Made by a program: the position numbers and the translations under genes
NCBI GenBank assembly: GCA_963787835.1
Contig: CAWBEI010000002.1
Location: 256,001-320,000, forward strand
Direction: 5' to 3'
From: Ignavibacteriota bacterium
GTDB taxonomy: Bacteria; Bacteroidota; Ignavibacteria; Palsa-1295
Length of the DNA: 64,000 nucleotides
Shown here: in pieces, positions 19,610-30,095 of the stretch
Layout of the letters: each line of letters opens with the position of its first letter
Numbering within the stretch: position 1 is the first letter of the stretch
The notes under the pieces: generated by a model
The model's database searches: none
Told to the model about the DNA's origin: nothing
Seen by the model: only the letters and a program-made list of their open reading frames with translations

Positions 19610-22600
19610 CTAAACACTAAGTCCGCTATCCGATGCAAGAAACAATGGAGAATCGAAGTTCGAGTACTCGATATCGGGAAGAGAACGGTCGATCACATCC
19701 AGGAGCTGCGATCTGGTGAATGGCTTCGAAAGAAAATCCGTACAGCCAGCCCTGATCGCTTCGTCTCGATCTGACTTTTTTGCGTAAGCGGTCAGCGCGA
19801 TGATCGGAAGGCTGGCTAATTGTTTATCCTGGCGAAACTCCGTCGTTAATTCTAGGCCAGTTGTAAACTCACCCAGATTAATGTCCATAAGAATGAGATC
19901 GGGGATCGTTTCATTTACGATTTTCTTGGCAGTTCCGATCCTTGGGGCATGGATGATCTCAAATCGGTCTTGCAGATGCGCCTGCACTAACTTCACGGTA
20001 TCGATGGAATCCTCAACCAGCAAGAGCAAGGGCTTTGGTGCATTATCTTGCGTTTGCTGCTGCTCCTCAGAGGGCGGGACTGGATGCAATGGAAGACAAA
20101 CAATGAAAATACTCCCAACACCTCTGCTGCTTCGAACCTCGATCGAGCCACCCATGGCTAACGCCAGACGGCTCGTGATCGTAAGCCCCAAACCCGACCC
20201 CTCATAGTAGCGATGCATTCCAGTCGATTCCTGAGTGAATTCTTCGAAGATCGATGCCAGGTTCTCTGAACCGATCCCCAACCCGGTATCTTCAACAACA
20301 ATGCGGAAATAATCCTGCTGCGGAGGCTGCCCTATACTATATGATGCATATCCTTGAGGCATCGGAAGCGACGCATCCAGCTCTTGTCCGAATTGCACCG
20401 TTACAGTCACTTCTCCACGTCGAGTGAATTTTATTGCGTTGCCAAGGAGATTGGTTACAATATGATCAAATCGCTGTGGGTCGATCATGGCGTGAGGGTC
20501 TTCCATGGATGGATGGAACAGAAGCCGGATCTGCTTGGAAGATGCAAGTGGTTCGACCGAAGCAAAAATCTGTTGGATGGCTTCATTGACCTCTACGAGT
20601 TCTGGTGAAAGCTTTAGCTTTTTCGATTCGATCTGCGCATGATCGAGAATATTGTTGATGGTGCTAAGGCAGGCGATTCGCGCTCGACTCGATGGTTGCA
20701 GCATGATCCGCCAAAGCCCGATCCGGTATTCTCTCTTTGAGAATTTCAGCGAAGCCAAGAATAGCGGTCATAGGCGTTCGGATCTCGTGACTCATATTGG
20801 CGAGGAAATTCGATTTCAATTGTGTCATTTCCTCGGCCTTTTCTTTGGCACGCATCGCGTGGTTTCGCTGCTCTTCCAACTGGATCTCCATTTGCCTTCG
20901 AACAGTAATGTCCTGCGTACATCCGACCATTCGATAGGGCTTTCCACGGTCGTTCAAGGAGAGCATCGAACGATCCCACACATAGACCCAATGGCCGTCT
21001 TTATGGCGCATGCGGTATTCGGATTCATACAATTTCTTGTCTGGACAAAGGTCGGCAATGGCCTCATTTGCCAGAGCAAGGTCATCGGGATGGATACGCG
21101 ATCTCCACCATTCGATGGTGCCAGTTTCTGGCTCCTCAATGGGATCGAAACCAAGAAGCTGCTTCAGGCCAGAGGATCGTTCACAAAAACCGGTTGATAG
21201 GTCGAGATCATAGATCAGGGATGAAACAGCTTCCGATGCAAGCTGGAAACGCTCGTTAGCTTGCATCAACTGCTGCTGCATTTGGGCACGCTCGGTAATA
21301 TCGCGAATCGATCCGATGACTCGAATGGCTATTCCATGTTCGTCGCGAAATATCTGACCGGCGTCCCACACATGGATCCAGTGACCGTCTTTATGCTGCA
21401 TCCGGCATTCCAGTTCGTAGCGCATACGTTCAGGATTCGTATTTTCGATGAGATCCTTGACTAAACCAACATCGTCCGGATGAACGCGGCTAAGCCACCA
21501 CTCCACGGAGGCTGTCTCTGGTTCCAACTCCGGATCGAATCCCAGGAGATTTTTCAATTCCGGCGAACGGTGAGAGCGCATGGTAACGGGATCGAAATCA
21601 TAAATAACCGTTGTGATCGCATCCGATGCAAGTTTATACCGCTCGTTCATTTCCCTTAATTTTTGTTCCATCTGGACGCGTTCGGAAATGTCCCGATGTA
21701 TTCCAAGCACTCGTGCCGCTTTGCCGCTCTCATCGGTAAAAATTTGGGCACTATCCCACAGATACACCCAGTGCCCATCCTTATGCTGTACACGATACTC
21801 GAGTTCTGAATTTCCCAGACTCTTGACGACGGCAGCAGCGTGAGCTCGAACCATGCCTATATCATCCGGGTGGACACGACTCATTAACCACTCGAACGTC
21901 CCGGTTTCGGGCTCTGTGTCAGGGTCGAACCCCAACATTCTTAAGAATCCTCTGGAACGTTCGACTGCTCCTGTTGCTAAGTTCAACTCAAAAATACAGA
22001 TGTTAACCGATTCAGAGGCAAGGTGGTACCGTTCGTTCACTCGCTCCAATTCAAGGTTCACCTTTAATTGGTCGGTCACATCCTCAATAAAGGCGAACCG
22101 GGCATTCCGACCTTCATACTGTACGGCATGGTGAAAAACCTGTACGCTTATCCGATCCCCATTTTTCTTCACATGCGTTACACTGACGGATGGCTCATTG
22201 TTTGGGCCGCGTATCACCTTCGCATATTTCTCAAAAAAAGCTTCCTGGCTCTCTACAGGGTGCAAATCATAAACGAAAAGCTTCAAAAATTCTTCTTCCG
22301 AATAACCATAGAGCTGGCAAGCAGCGCGGTTCACTTTCAAATATTGGAACGTTTCAATATCTAAAATCCACATCGGCAAGGGGCTGTCTTCGAAGAGCAG
22401 ACGATACTGGGATTCCGATCGGAGGAGTTCCTGTGCAATGCGGTGACGCTCCGTGATCTCGGTCAGCAAGTAGAGCCAACCTGTTGACGTTCCATCCTGC
22501 CGGAGGGAAAAGATGGACATCGAAAAAAAACGAGTCTCGAAGTTCGTAAGCTTTAATTGACAGATCCCTTGCCATACTCCCTGCTCTTTGATGATAGCTC

Positions 22601-23283
22601 CAATATCCTCATTCGGTGTGGAAGGAATCCACTCTTCTCCAAGAACCATTGGCCCATATTTCCCGATGGCGTCTGCGCTCGAAATACCAGTTACCTGTTC
22701 GGCCGCTTGATTCCAGTAGGTGATGATGCCGGCGGTGTCACTGGCAATAACGGCATCACCGATCTGGGAAATAACGTTTGCCTGTAATTGAATTTGCTCT
22801 CGTGATTTCCATTCTTTAGTAATATTCCTTCCAAATACTGCGACACTCACGACCGCATCACCCTCGAAAACGGGATCGAACGTGAATTCAACAATATGGC
22901 CACTTAGTTCAGGGGTGAAATGGCGAACTTCTGTCACCTTTTCACCCTGGAAAGCGCGCGCATAAGCCGCAGCCCAAAATGGTTGTTCTGTTGGCGGCAA
23001 GTAGGAGCTGATCTCCATCCCTTCAATCAACTCCACATGATAGAAGTGATGAAAAATATTTTTTAAGAACGAGATTGAATGTCAGAAGTCGTGCTTCCCG
23101 ATCCACCAGGCAGATGGCATCGTTCGAGTTATCGAGCACGAACCGGAGCATTGCATTAACCTGCATTGTCCCGGAGTTGGGGCTAAGACTACCCATACTT
23201 CCGTTCTCTTTATTATGTAGGTTCGCGCCGGTTTTACTCGGTGGGGCTGATTCAACCGTTAATGCGCGATTGACTTTATTCAT
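19610..23283 (-). CDS. Cytoplasmic multi-PAS hybrid sensor histidine kinase/response regulator (~1223 aa; two frameshifts, ~20668 and ~23054)
   Basis: H-box FLANMSHEIRTPMTAILG, N-box NLLGNAIKFT, DTGLGI, GSGLGL, receiver LLVEDS/ILMDINL/KPF; several PAS/PAC domains; pieces 23023-23283, 20664-23036 and 19610-20758 join by removing one base at each junction. Confidence 0.88.
20880..22040. repeat. Three tandem PAS/PAC domain repeats with 390-bp period
   Basis: HKDGHW Trp codons at 20988, 21378 and 21768; each unit LLGFDPxxEPET..EWxxSRxHPDD. Confidence 0.85.
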
Positions 23284-23430
23284 AAGATGTGATCACATCG
23301 AACCAATAACTAAAGAACGAGAAGCTGTAACAAATGGGGATAGAGCACAGGTCAGATCCAAGCTTCTCAATCTATGCTTTAGTACATTGAGTACAAGGCT
23401 CCATCCCTAAAAAGTTTCCAATACGGAAAA

Positions 23431-24731
23431 TTAGGCTGCCGTGGCCAACAACCGCTCCACGCGTTCTTTATTTCGAACATGTACCCGTAATCGAAGCCTA
23501 ACATGGGTCTCAGAGAATACGCGCTCACTGACTTCCCCCAATTCATAGAGCCGTGAAGCAATATCGTAATGCGCTATGGGGATCTCGACCGTTAGTTCGA
23601 ACGAAGATTCTGTGATCACTTTCTCGATCTCGCTCTTCAAGCGTTCGATCCCGATCCCTTTCTGGGCAGAAATGAACACCGCATGAGGATAGCGCCGCAT
23701 TTCTGCGAGCAGAAACTTTCGATCTTCATCAAGCGCATCGAGCTTGTTGAATACCATAATAGTCGGTTTCAAGTGCGAACCAAGGTCTTGAAGCGTACCA
23801 TTGACTACTTCGATCTGTTCCTCGAATTGCGGATTTGCCATATCGACAACATGCAGCAGAATATCCGCTTCCTCAACTTCAGAGAGCGTTGTCCTGAACG
23901 ATGCTATAAGCTTCGGTGGCAGTTTCCGTATAAATCCGACGGTGTCCGTCACGAGTGCTCGGCGACCTGTGCGAATTCGACAGCTCGTGTGGTTGCATCC
24001 AGCGTCGCAAACAGCCGGTTCTCGACAAACACATTCGAATCGCCTGCGGTCAGCGCATTAATGAGCGATGATTTTCCAGCATTGGTATATCCAACGAGCG
24101 CAACTCGTGCAAGCTCATCACTGCGGCCCAGCCGCCGAGTAGCATGCTGCTGTTCGATCGCGACCAGCTTCTCTTTTAAGAGGGAGATGCGTGTTTTGAC
24201 GAGCCTGCGATCCGTTTCGATCTGCGTTTCGCCGGGTCCTTTGGTTCCGATACCACCATGCTGCTTGGATAAGTGCGTCCACGCACGAGTAAGGCGTGGG
24301 AGGATATATTCTAATTGGGCAAGCTCGATCTGCGTTTTTGCTTCCCGTGTTCGGGCGCGGCTTGCGAAAATATCGAGAATAAGACTGGAACGATCGAGAA
24401 CTTTAATGTTTAATTCCTTCTCGAGATTCCGGAGTTGGACTGGCGTTAACTCATCATCGAAGATCGCGATCTGAATTTCAAGCGCCTCCACATGGCGCTT
24501 CAACTCTTCTACTTTACCCTTACCAAGATAGAGCGCCCCGTCCGGTGTGGCTCGCTCCTGCGTCATACGATAAAGGACGTCAGCGCCTGCGGTATCGGCA
24601 AGGAGGGCAAGCTCGTTTAGATGTTCCAGAGCTTCTCGTCTGGTTTCTTCATCGTTCGAACGAATGAGTGTTACGATCGCCGCCCGCTCACGGGCTTTAT
24701 GGGTTTCGAAAAATTTAAATGATTCTCTCAA
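23431..24731 (-). CDS. hflX: GTPase HflX (frameshift at ~23967)
   Basis: GGIGTKGPGETQIETDRR, VGYTNAGKSSL, LFATLD, TDTVGFI, NKLD motifs split over ORFs 23949-24731 and 23431-23952. Confidence 0.93.
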
Positions 24732-24765
24732 TAGTATGCTTTTCTAATAGAGCGCCATTTCCGTG

Positions 24766-25599
24766 TTAATGTGATGTGACGCTGTCAATTATTCTCCCTA
24801 ATGAATCGTACGCCAATCCCGACTCCGTGTTCCGCGACGTAATAATATGATAAACTGTTTCCGCGATCTCTTCCGGTTCGATGATGCGGCCTTCGCGGTT
24901 CAGCATGGCAAACATGGCTTCGGCTTTCTCTTCCGACCTGCCCCGTGCCATCGTTGCTTGTATGGCTTCGTGCAAAATTTGTGTGCGAGTAAACCCCGGG
25001 CAGATCGTACTGAATTTCACTCCGGATTGCTTGTATTCCGCCGCTAAAGCTCGCATCATCCCTAAAAGGGCGTGCTTCGAAGCCGTGTATGCAGCAGTAA
25101 AACGAAATCCTTCCAAGGCTGCGGTGGAGGCAATGGAGACAACATGCCTGGCGGGGATGGTGGACATTGTGGACGACGTGGACGTAGATGCAAGCATCCC
25201 CGGTAAAAATGCACGGGTCATGTAGAACGCACCATCTACGTTTACAGCAAATGTTTCGCGCCACATTTCGTCGGTTATTTCTTCAAATTTTGTGGAGGGA
25301 GCAACTCCGGCATTATTGATGAGAATCGTCACTGGCCCAAGTTCATCCAAAATGTCATTTGCAAGAGCGTTCACCTCGTCGGCAATACCAACATCGCACG
25401 GCGTGGCATAGGCTTTCCCGCCGCAGTCTATGATCTCATTGCGAAGCTCGGAAATTCCTTCGCTCGAGCGCGCAACGAGCACCACCGGAATACCTGGCGC
25501 ATCATCACTGCCAAGCGCGAGCCGCCGCGCGATCGCGCGGCCTATGCCGCGGCCTGCACCAGTTACGAGAGCGAGTTCTTTCGTTTCATTCGAGTTCAA
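24766..25599 (-). CDS. SDR-family NAD(P)-dependent oxidoreductase
   Basis: TGAGRGIG, NNAG, YTASK, ICPG motifs; short Ser/Thr insertion encoded by 9-mer repeats. Confidence 0.9.
   Translation of the reverse strand: MNSNETKELALVTGAGRGIGRAIARRLALGSDDAPGIPVVLVARSSEGISELRNEIIDCGGKAYATPCDVGIADEVNALANDILDELGPVTILINNAGVAPSTKFEEITDEMWRETFAVNVDGAFYMTRAFLPGMLASTSTSSTMSTIPARHVVSIASTAALEGFRFTAAYTASKHALLGMMRALAAEYKQSGVKFSTICPGFTRTQILHEAIQATMARGRSEEKAEAMFAMLNREGRIIEPEEIAETVYHIITSRNTESGLAYDSLGRIIDSVTSH
25157..25183. repeat. 9-bp period NNNGTGGAC repeat x3 inside the SDR gene
   Basis: ATGGTGGAC ATTGTGGAC GACGTGGAC. Confidence 0.7.
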
Positions 25600-26254
25600 C
25601 GGTTTGCCTTCCTTGTGCGATATAGTCGTTCAGTGAACCCACCCTCTTCAATAAAAGATTTCGCAAGAGCGTTAATCTGTCTGTCCAAAAGAGTGCAGGC
25701 TACATTGATCAGAACAAGCGCACCATTGGCAGCAATTTCAGGGATAGAATTGTGCTCCGTGAAAGTGGACTTAATGGACATAGGGGACTTTGGGGAAACC
25801 GATTGAGTTTTCTTTTGTCCACTATGCCCATCAAGTCCACTTTGTCCATCAAGAGCTAATCGCTGCATATCCACAGCCCATTGCACAACGACATCGGCAG
25901 TAGCAGGCCGGCGGCGCACCAGTTCGGCGCGGCGAGGGTCGATGGGTTCCCAAAGCAGCATTCCTTGTTGCCGAAGAAAATCCTCATAATCCAAACGAAG
26001 TTCTTCCAAGCTGGCGCGTGCTACATTGGTCAGTTTCATCTCCATTTTTCGGGAGGTGCTGGAAGCCTGGCTTCCTTCTGCAATATTTTGCACACCGGAA
26101 CGCGCGGCCTGCACCATTTGGTCATGAGTGCGGCTGCGTTTATCGATGTACTTACCACAGAACCGAACCGTCACATCATACACAAGCTGCGAAACCTGAA
26201 AGCTTTTTAGCTTGCGCTAGCCACCATGCTTGGGATGAGGGGAGAGGGGGTCAT
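25596..26254 (-). pseudogene. Four-helix-bundle (23S rRNA IVP-like, suffix-domain type) protein with disrupted 5' end
   Basis: RTHDQMVQAARSGVQNIAEGS...VARASLEELRLDYEDFLRQ...F.EEGGFTERLY signature; upstream reads LIP(frameshift)KHGG*RKLKSFQ from ATG at 26254, with an in-frame TAG at 26217-26219. Confidence 0.75.
25762..25849. repeat. Inverted arrays of 9-bp GTGGAC-type repeats forming a long hairpin within the four-helix-bundle gene
   Basis: AAAGTGGACTT (25762-25772) is the reverse complement of AAGTCCACTTT (25833-25843); inner ATGGACATAG / CTATGCCCAT pair with one mismatch. Confidence 0.8.
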
Positions 26255-26265
26255 TGCAAGCTAAG

Positions 26266-27549
26266 CTATTGAATATCGAAAACCCAGACGGCATTTACCG
26301 CAGGTGGACTACCTGTCCCACTATATTTTATTGAGATTAGATCACCTGCTGAAACGGGATATGTATCAGTGTTATCTGTTGCAGTCACGTTTGTGCCAGA
26401 AATACTCACGGTTACTCCCGTTGAAGTCTGTCCGTCATAGACGGTAAATTTATATGTCGAAGTACTTCCATCCGCTGTGGCAATGGTGACAGTAAGATTT
26501 TTTAGAGTTCCACTCCGATCCAGAATCATTTGGTTGTTATTCGAAATGGAAGCTGTACTTGGAAAGGGCGACAAGCTCGTCAGCCCTAATGGATAATTAA
26601 ACCCAACAGGGTTCCCGCCAAATGTCTGCGTTGAGCTCCCGGTTATCATCAAAGCGGATGAGCCCCCCGGTGCTACCCACGTCGCATCCTCTCTCAAATA
26701 CCTTGTGGTACCGGCAGTCGATCCTGGGTCGGGAACCGCACCAACGGCGTGCGTTGAACCAGATTTGATGAATACGGGAACATCGGATCCTGCGATAGTA
26801 GCCCAAACGGGAGCAGTTGCGGCACCGCTGGCTCCCGTTGAGGTCAGGAATTCCTTGGTTGTAGTGGTATTCCCCGAAAGCACAGCCGCTGCCGGAGTAG
26901 CATTCTCATACTCGATATCTCCGAGCGTTGCCATAGGCGAGAGCGCATTAAAAGCGGCGTTCGCCGTCGTTTTACTTGTACCACCATTAGCTATCGGAAG
27001 CGCAGTTCCTGAAAGCGTCACCGCAAACGTGCCACTTGTTGTTATCGGCGTTGCAGTAACAGAAAGGAAGCTCGGTACTGTCATCGCAACCGAAGTTACG
27101 GTTCCGCTGCCGCCAGCTGCGTTCTGCCATGTTGGAAGCGCACTGGGGCCATTCGAGGTAAGAACTTGATTGCTCGATCCTAACCCGGAAATCTGTTGCA
27201 AATTACCCGTTGCGGTCGTGCCACCAGCAAGCAACGCATACGGAGTATACGTAGCAAGCCCCGTACCGCCATATTGGGGCACAACCACCGTTCCCTGCCA
27301 TACCCCGCTCGATATGGTGCCAAGTGCTGTGATCGACGTAGAATTTCCAGAAGTATAAAGCATGCCTCCTCCTACGGGAAAGGTGAAGGATCCCCCACCG
27401 GTTGCTCCCGAAAAAATCGATATGTGGCCAGAGCCATCATCAAGATAAAGAGCGGTCTGCCGAACCTGAGCAGTGGAAGTGGAAGCCAAAAGAGTAAAAG
27501 CGATTACTGCGAATAATGCTGTACGAACAACGAGCGATTTATCAGACAT
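26266..27549 (-). CDS. Secreted fibre-like protein, ~427 aa, outlying member, head type 4
   Basis: Probable ATG at 27549; signal peptide TSTA-Q; GTVTSVAMTVPSFLS...LSGTALPIANGGT shared with 2461-4149; QYGGTG; C-terminal AGDLISI beta domain. Confidence 0.85.
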   Translation of the reverse strand: MSDKSLVVRTALFAVIAFTLLASTSTAQVRQTALYLDDGSGHISIFSGATGGGSFTFPVGGGMLYTSGNSTSITALGTISSGVWQGTVVVPQYGGTGLATYTPYALLAGGTTATGNLQQISGLGSSNQVLTSNGPSALPTWQNAAGGSGTVTSVAMTVPSFLSVTATPITTSGTFAVTLSGTALPIANGGTSKTTANAAFNALSPMATLGDIEYENATPAAAVLSGNTTTTKEFLTSTGASGAATAPVWATIAGSDVPVFIKSGSTHAVGAVPDPGSTAGTTRYLREDATWVAPGGSSALMITGSSTQTFGGNPVGFNYPLGLTSLSPFPSTASISNNNQMILDRSGTLKNLTVTIATADGSTSTYKFTVYDGQTSTGVTVSISGTNVTATDNTDTYPVSAGDLISIKYSGTGSPPAVNAVWVFDIQ

Positions 27550-27795
27550 AGGGGTATTCAGGGAAAAAACAACCAAAAGTGACACAACGAAAAATAGATG
27601 TTCGCTACGTCTTCAACGAGTGAAATGCGTGTTCAAAGAACTTATTTTTCCAAATTTACGACCATTTTGGAACCACGAGTGAAAAATGCGATAAAATATT
27701 CACAGAGACCACCAGAAGTCCCAGCGAATCAGGTTCTGTGAACGACTCTTTGCATCTTCCTCGTTATTCCTCATTCTTCTTAAATTGCCATTTTC

Positions 27796-28529
27796 ATGCG
27801 AAAATTCGAACGTGTACTTATAATCGGAGCTTCTTCCGGCATCGGCCTTGCGCTTGCGGAGCAGTTATTAAAGGCGGGCGCATCGGTGGCTATGGTTGCG
27901 CGCCGCCGAGAACCTATGGCTGAGCTTGCAGCGCAACACTCCGGCAAAGCGTTCGTCTATCCGCATGATGTCACTAATTATGCAGAGGCTCCCACGCTTT
28001 TTCAGCAGATCACAAAAGATCTCGGCGGCTGGATTGCGTGATCTACTCCTCCGGCGTGATGCCCAGCATGGATGAGCACGAGTATAATTTCGAAAAAGAT
28101 CGTGAGATCATAGAGGTGAATGTGTTGGGTGCCTTTGCGTGGTTGAATGAAGCGGCTAATCGTTTCGAGCGTTTGAAGAGCGGCACCATCATAGGAATTT
28201 CTTCTGTAGCCGGTGAACGCGGCCGCCGTGGGAACCCAGCATATTGCACCTCGAAAGCAGCTCTCACGACGTATCTGGAATCGCTCCGTAACCGACTTTC
28301 ACAGTATGGCGTCCGCGTGGTAACGATCAAACCCGGAATGGTGGATACTGCGATGACGCGTGGCAAGCCCGGCCAGCTTTGGGTGATCTCTGCCGACGAA
28401 GCTGCGAAACGAATCCTTGCTTACGCACACATCGGAAAGAACACTGCCTACATTCCCTCCCGTTGGAGACTGCTCATGTTCGTGTTGAAGTGTATGCCCT
28501 CCTTCATCTTCCGCAGATTGCCGATATGA
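27796..28529 (+). CDS. SDR oxidoreductase, DprE2-like (frameshift at ~28028)
   Basis: GASSGIG, SSVAGERGR..N..YCTSK, IKPG.VDT.MT; adding one base restores LGGLDCVIYSSG; ATGA overlap with the DprE1-like gene. Confidence 0.8.
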
Positions 28530-29944
28530 CCGAATCGCGATCGCTTCCAACAGAACGACTGGAACCCCTTGAAGGCTGGGGTGGCGCTATCCATGGCGCG
28601 GGATATGTTTTTCGACCATCGACAACCCTCCAATTAAAGGAGGCGATTGCATCTGCAAAAACGGCCGGGCGAAACATAACCCTTCGCGGTGCGGGACGAA
28701 GCTACGGCGATGCTGCACTGGGCCGCGAAAATGTGGTGATCGATCTCACGCGCATGAACCGGATCCTTTCCTGGGATCCCACGAGTGGAATTATTACCTG
28801 TGAACCGGGCGTAACCATCAAGCAGCTATGGGAATACACGATCGAGGATGGCTGGTGGCCGCCCGTTGTGCCGGGAACGATGTTTCCCACGCTCGGCGGA
28901 GTGCTCGGAATGAACATTCACGGCAAGAATAATGCAAAAGCAGGGACGATCGGTGAGCATGTGCTGGCCTTCGATTTTCTTGCCCCCTCCGGCGAGGAAC
29001 TTCATGTGGACCGTGAGGCCGATCCCGGACTTTTTCATTCCATCATCGGCAGTTTTGGAATGCTCGGGTGCTTCACTTCCATTTCGCTCAAACTGAAAAA
29101 GGTGTATTCGGGCGATCTCGATGTGAAGGTCTATATTGCTGATAACTTGCACGAGTTGTTCCGTATTTACGAGAATAATATCCCTGAATCCGATTACCTT
29201 GTTGGATGGATCGATGCGTTCGCGGGGGGCAAAGCATTAGGGCGGGCGATTGTGCATCAGGCAAATTATCTTGCGCAGGGTGTGGACCCAACGCCTACGC
29301 AATCGCTCCGGCTGAATCATCAGAATTTACCGGATAGCATAATGGGACTCATTCCGAAATCTATTGTATGGATATTCATGAGACCGTTCACAAATAATTT
29401 CGGCGTCCGTTTTGTGAATTGGGCAAAATTCATCTCTTCGAAATTCAGCCCGAAGAAACAATTCCGGCAGGCGCATGCGGCGTTTGCATTTTTGCTCGAT
29501 TATGTTCCCAACTGGAAGAAGTCCTATGGCAAAGGCGGACTTATCCAGTTTCAATCTTTTATTCCAAAGGAATCTGCGGAAGATGCCTTTCGTAAGCAGA
29601 TCGAACTATGCCAGCGTGAGAATCTTGCTCCCTTTCTTGCCGTCTTCAAACGGCACCGTCCCGATAATTTCCTGATGACACATGCCGTCGATGGGTACTC
29701 GCTCGCACTCGATTTCAAAGTGACCGCAGCCAACCGTGTACGGCTTTGGGAACTTTCGGAGCAACTAAACGAGATCGTGCTCGCTGCTGGTGGAAGATTC
29801 TACATGGCAAAAGACCTCACACTGACACCCGAGGCATTCCGGCAGTATCTCGGCGAAGAAACGCTCGCCAAATTCAAAGCACTGAAAGCCCGCTTTGACC
29901 CCGAAGGATTATTGGAAACCGAGCTATCAAAACGGCTATTGTAG
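28526..29944 (+). CDS. FAD-binding oxidoreductase, DprE1 (polyprenylphosphoryl-ribose oxidase)-like, 472 aa
   Basis: RGAGRSYGD, PGT..PTLGG...NIHGKN, GYSLALDF, GGRFYMAKD motifs; probable ATG at 28526. Confidence 0.85.
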   Translation: MTESRSLPTERLEPLEGWGGAIHGAGYVFRPSTTLQLKEAIASAKTAGRNITLRGAGRSYGDAALGRENVVIDLTRMNRILSWDPTSGIITCEPGVTIKQLWEYTIEDGWWPPVVPGTMFPTLGGVLGMNIHGKNNAKAGTIGEHVLAFDFLAPSGEELHVDREADPGLFHSIIGSFGMLGCFTSISLKLKKVYSGDLDVKVYIADNLHELFRIYENNIPESDYLVGWIDAFAGGKALGRAIVHQANYLAQGVDPTPTQSLRLNHQNLPDSIMGLIPKSIVWIFMRPFTNNFGVRFVNWAKFISSKFSPKKQFRQAHAAFAFLLDYVPNWKKSYGKGGLIQFQSFIPKESAEDAFRKQIELCQRENLAPFLAVFKRHRPDNFLMTHAVDGYSLALDFKVTAANRVRLWELSEQLNEIVLAAGGRFYMAKDLTLTPEAFRQYLGEETLAKFKALKARFDPEGLLETELSKRLL

Positions 29945-30095
29945 CCAAACCAGGCATGTTTGCCACAAGAAGCCTATTTGGTTGAAAGTTTTTTTGTAAC
30001 CCAAGCAACCCTGCGCGTTTTAAAAGGATGTGGGCTTTATCTGCAAGAAAGCGTTATTTAGCCTGTGACTCTTTAAATGTTAACGTGTTAGGGTA

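Noticed and set aside
23431-24731. Programmed frameshift or true pseudogene in hflX (likewise PBP1A)
   Set aside because: No slippery heptamer; one of many similar indels, best explained as sequencing error
26217-26219. TAG recoding (alternative genetic code or pyrrolysine)
   Set aside because: TAG is a normal stop for several genes here (e.g. ends at 29944, 36759, 53549, 63144); single instance beside a frameshift
25596-27549. Diversity-generating retroelement (Avd-like four-helix bundle next to a fibre gene)
   Set aside because: No reverse transcriptase and no TR/VR pair with adenine-specific mismatches seen; repeat differences in the fibre genes are mostly synonymous and involve all bases
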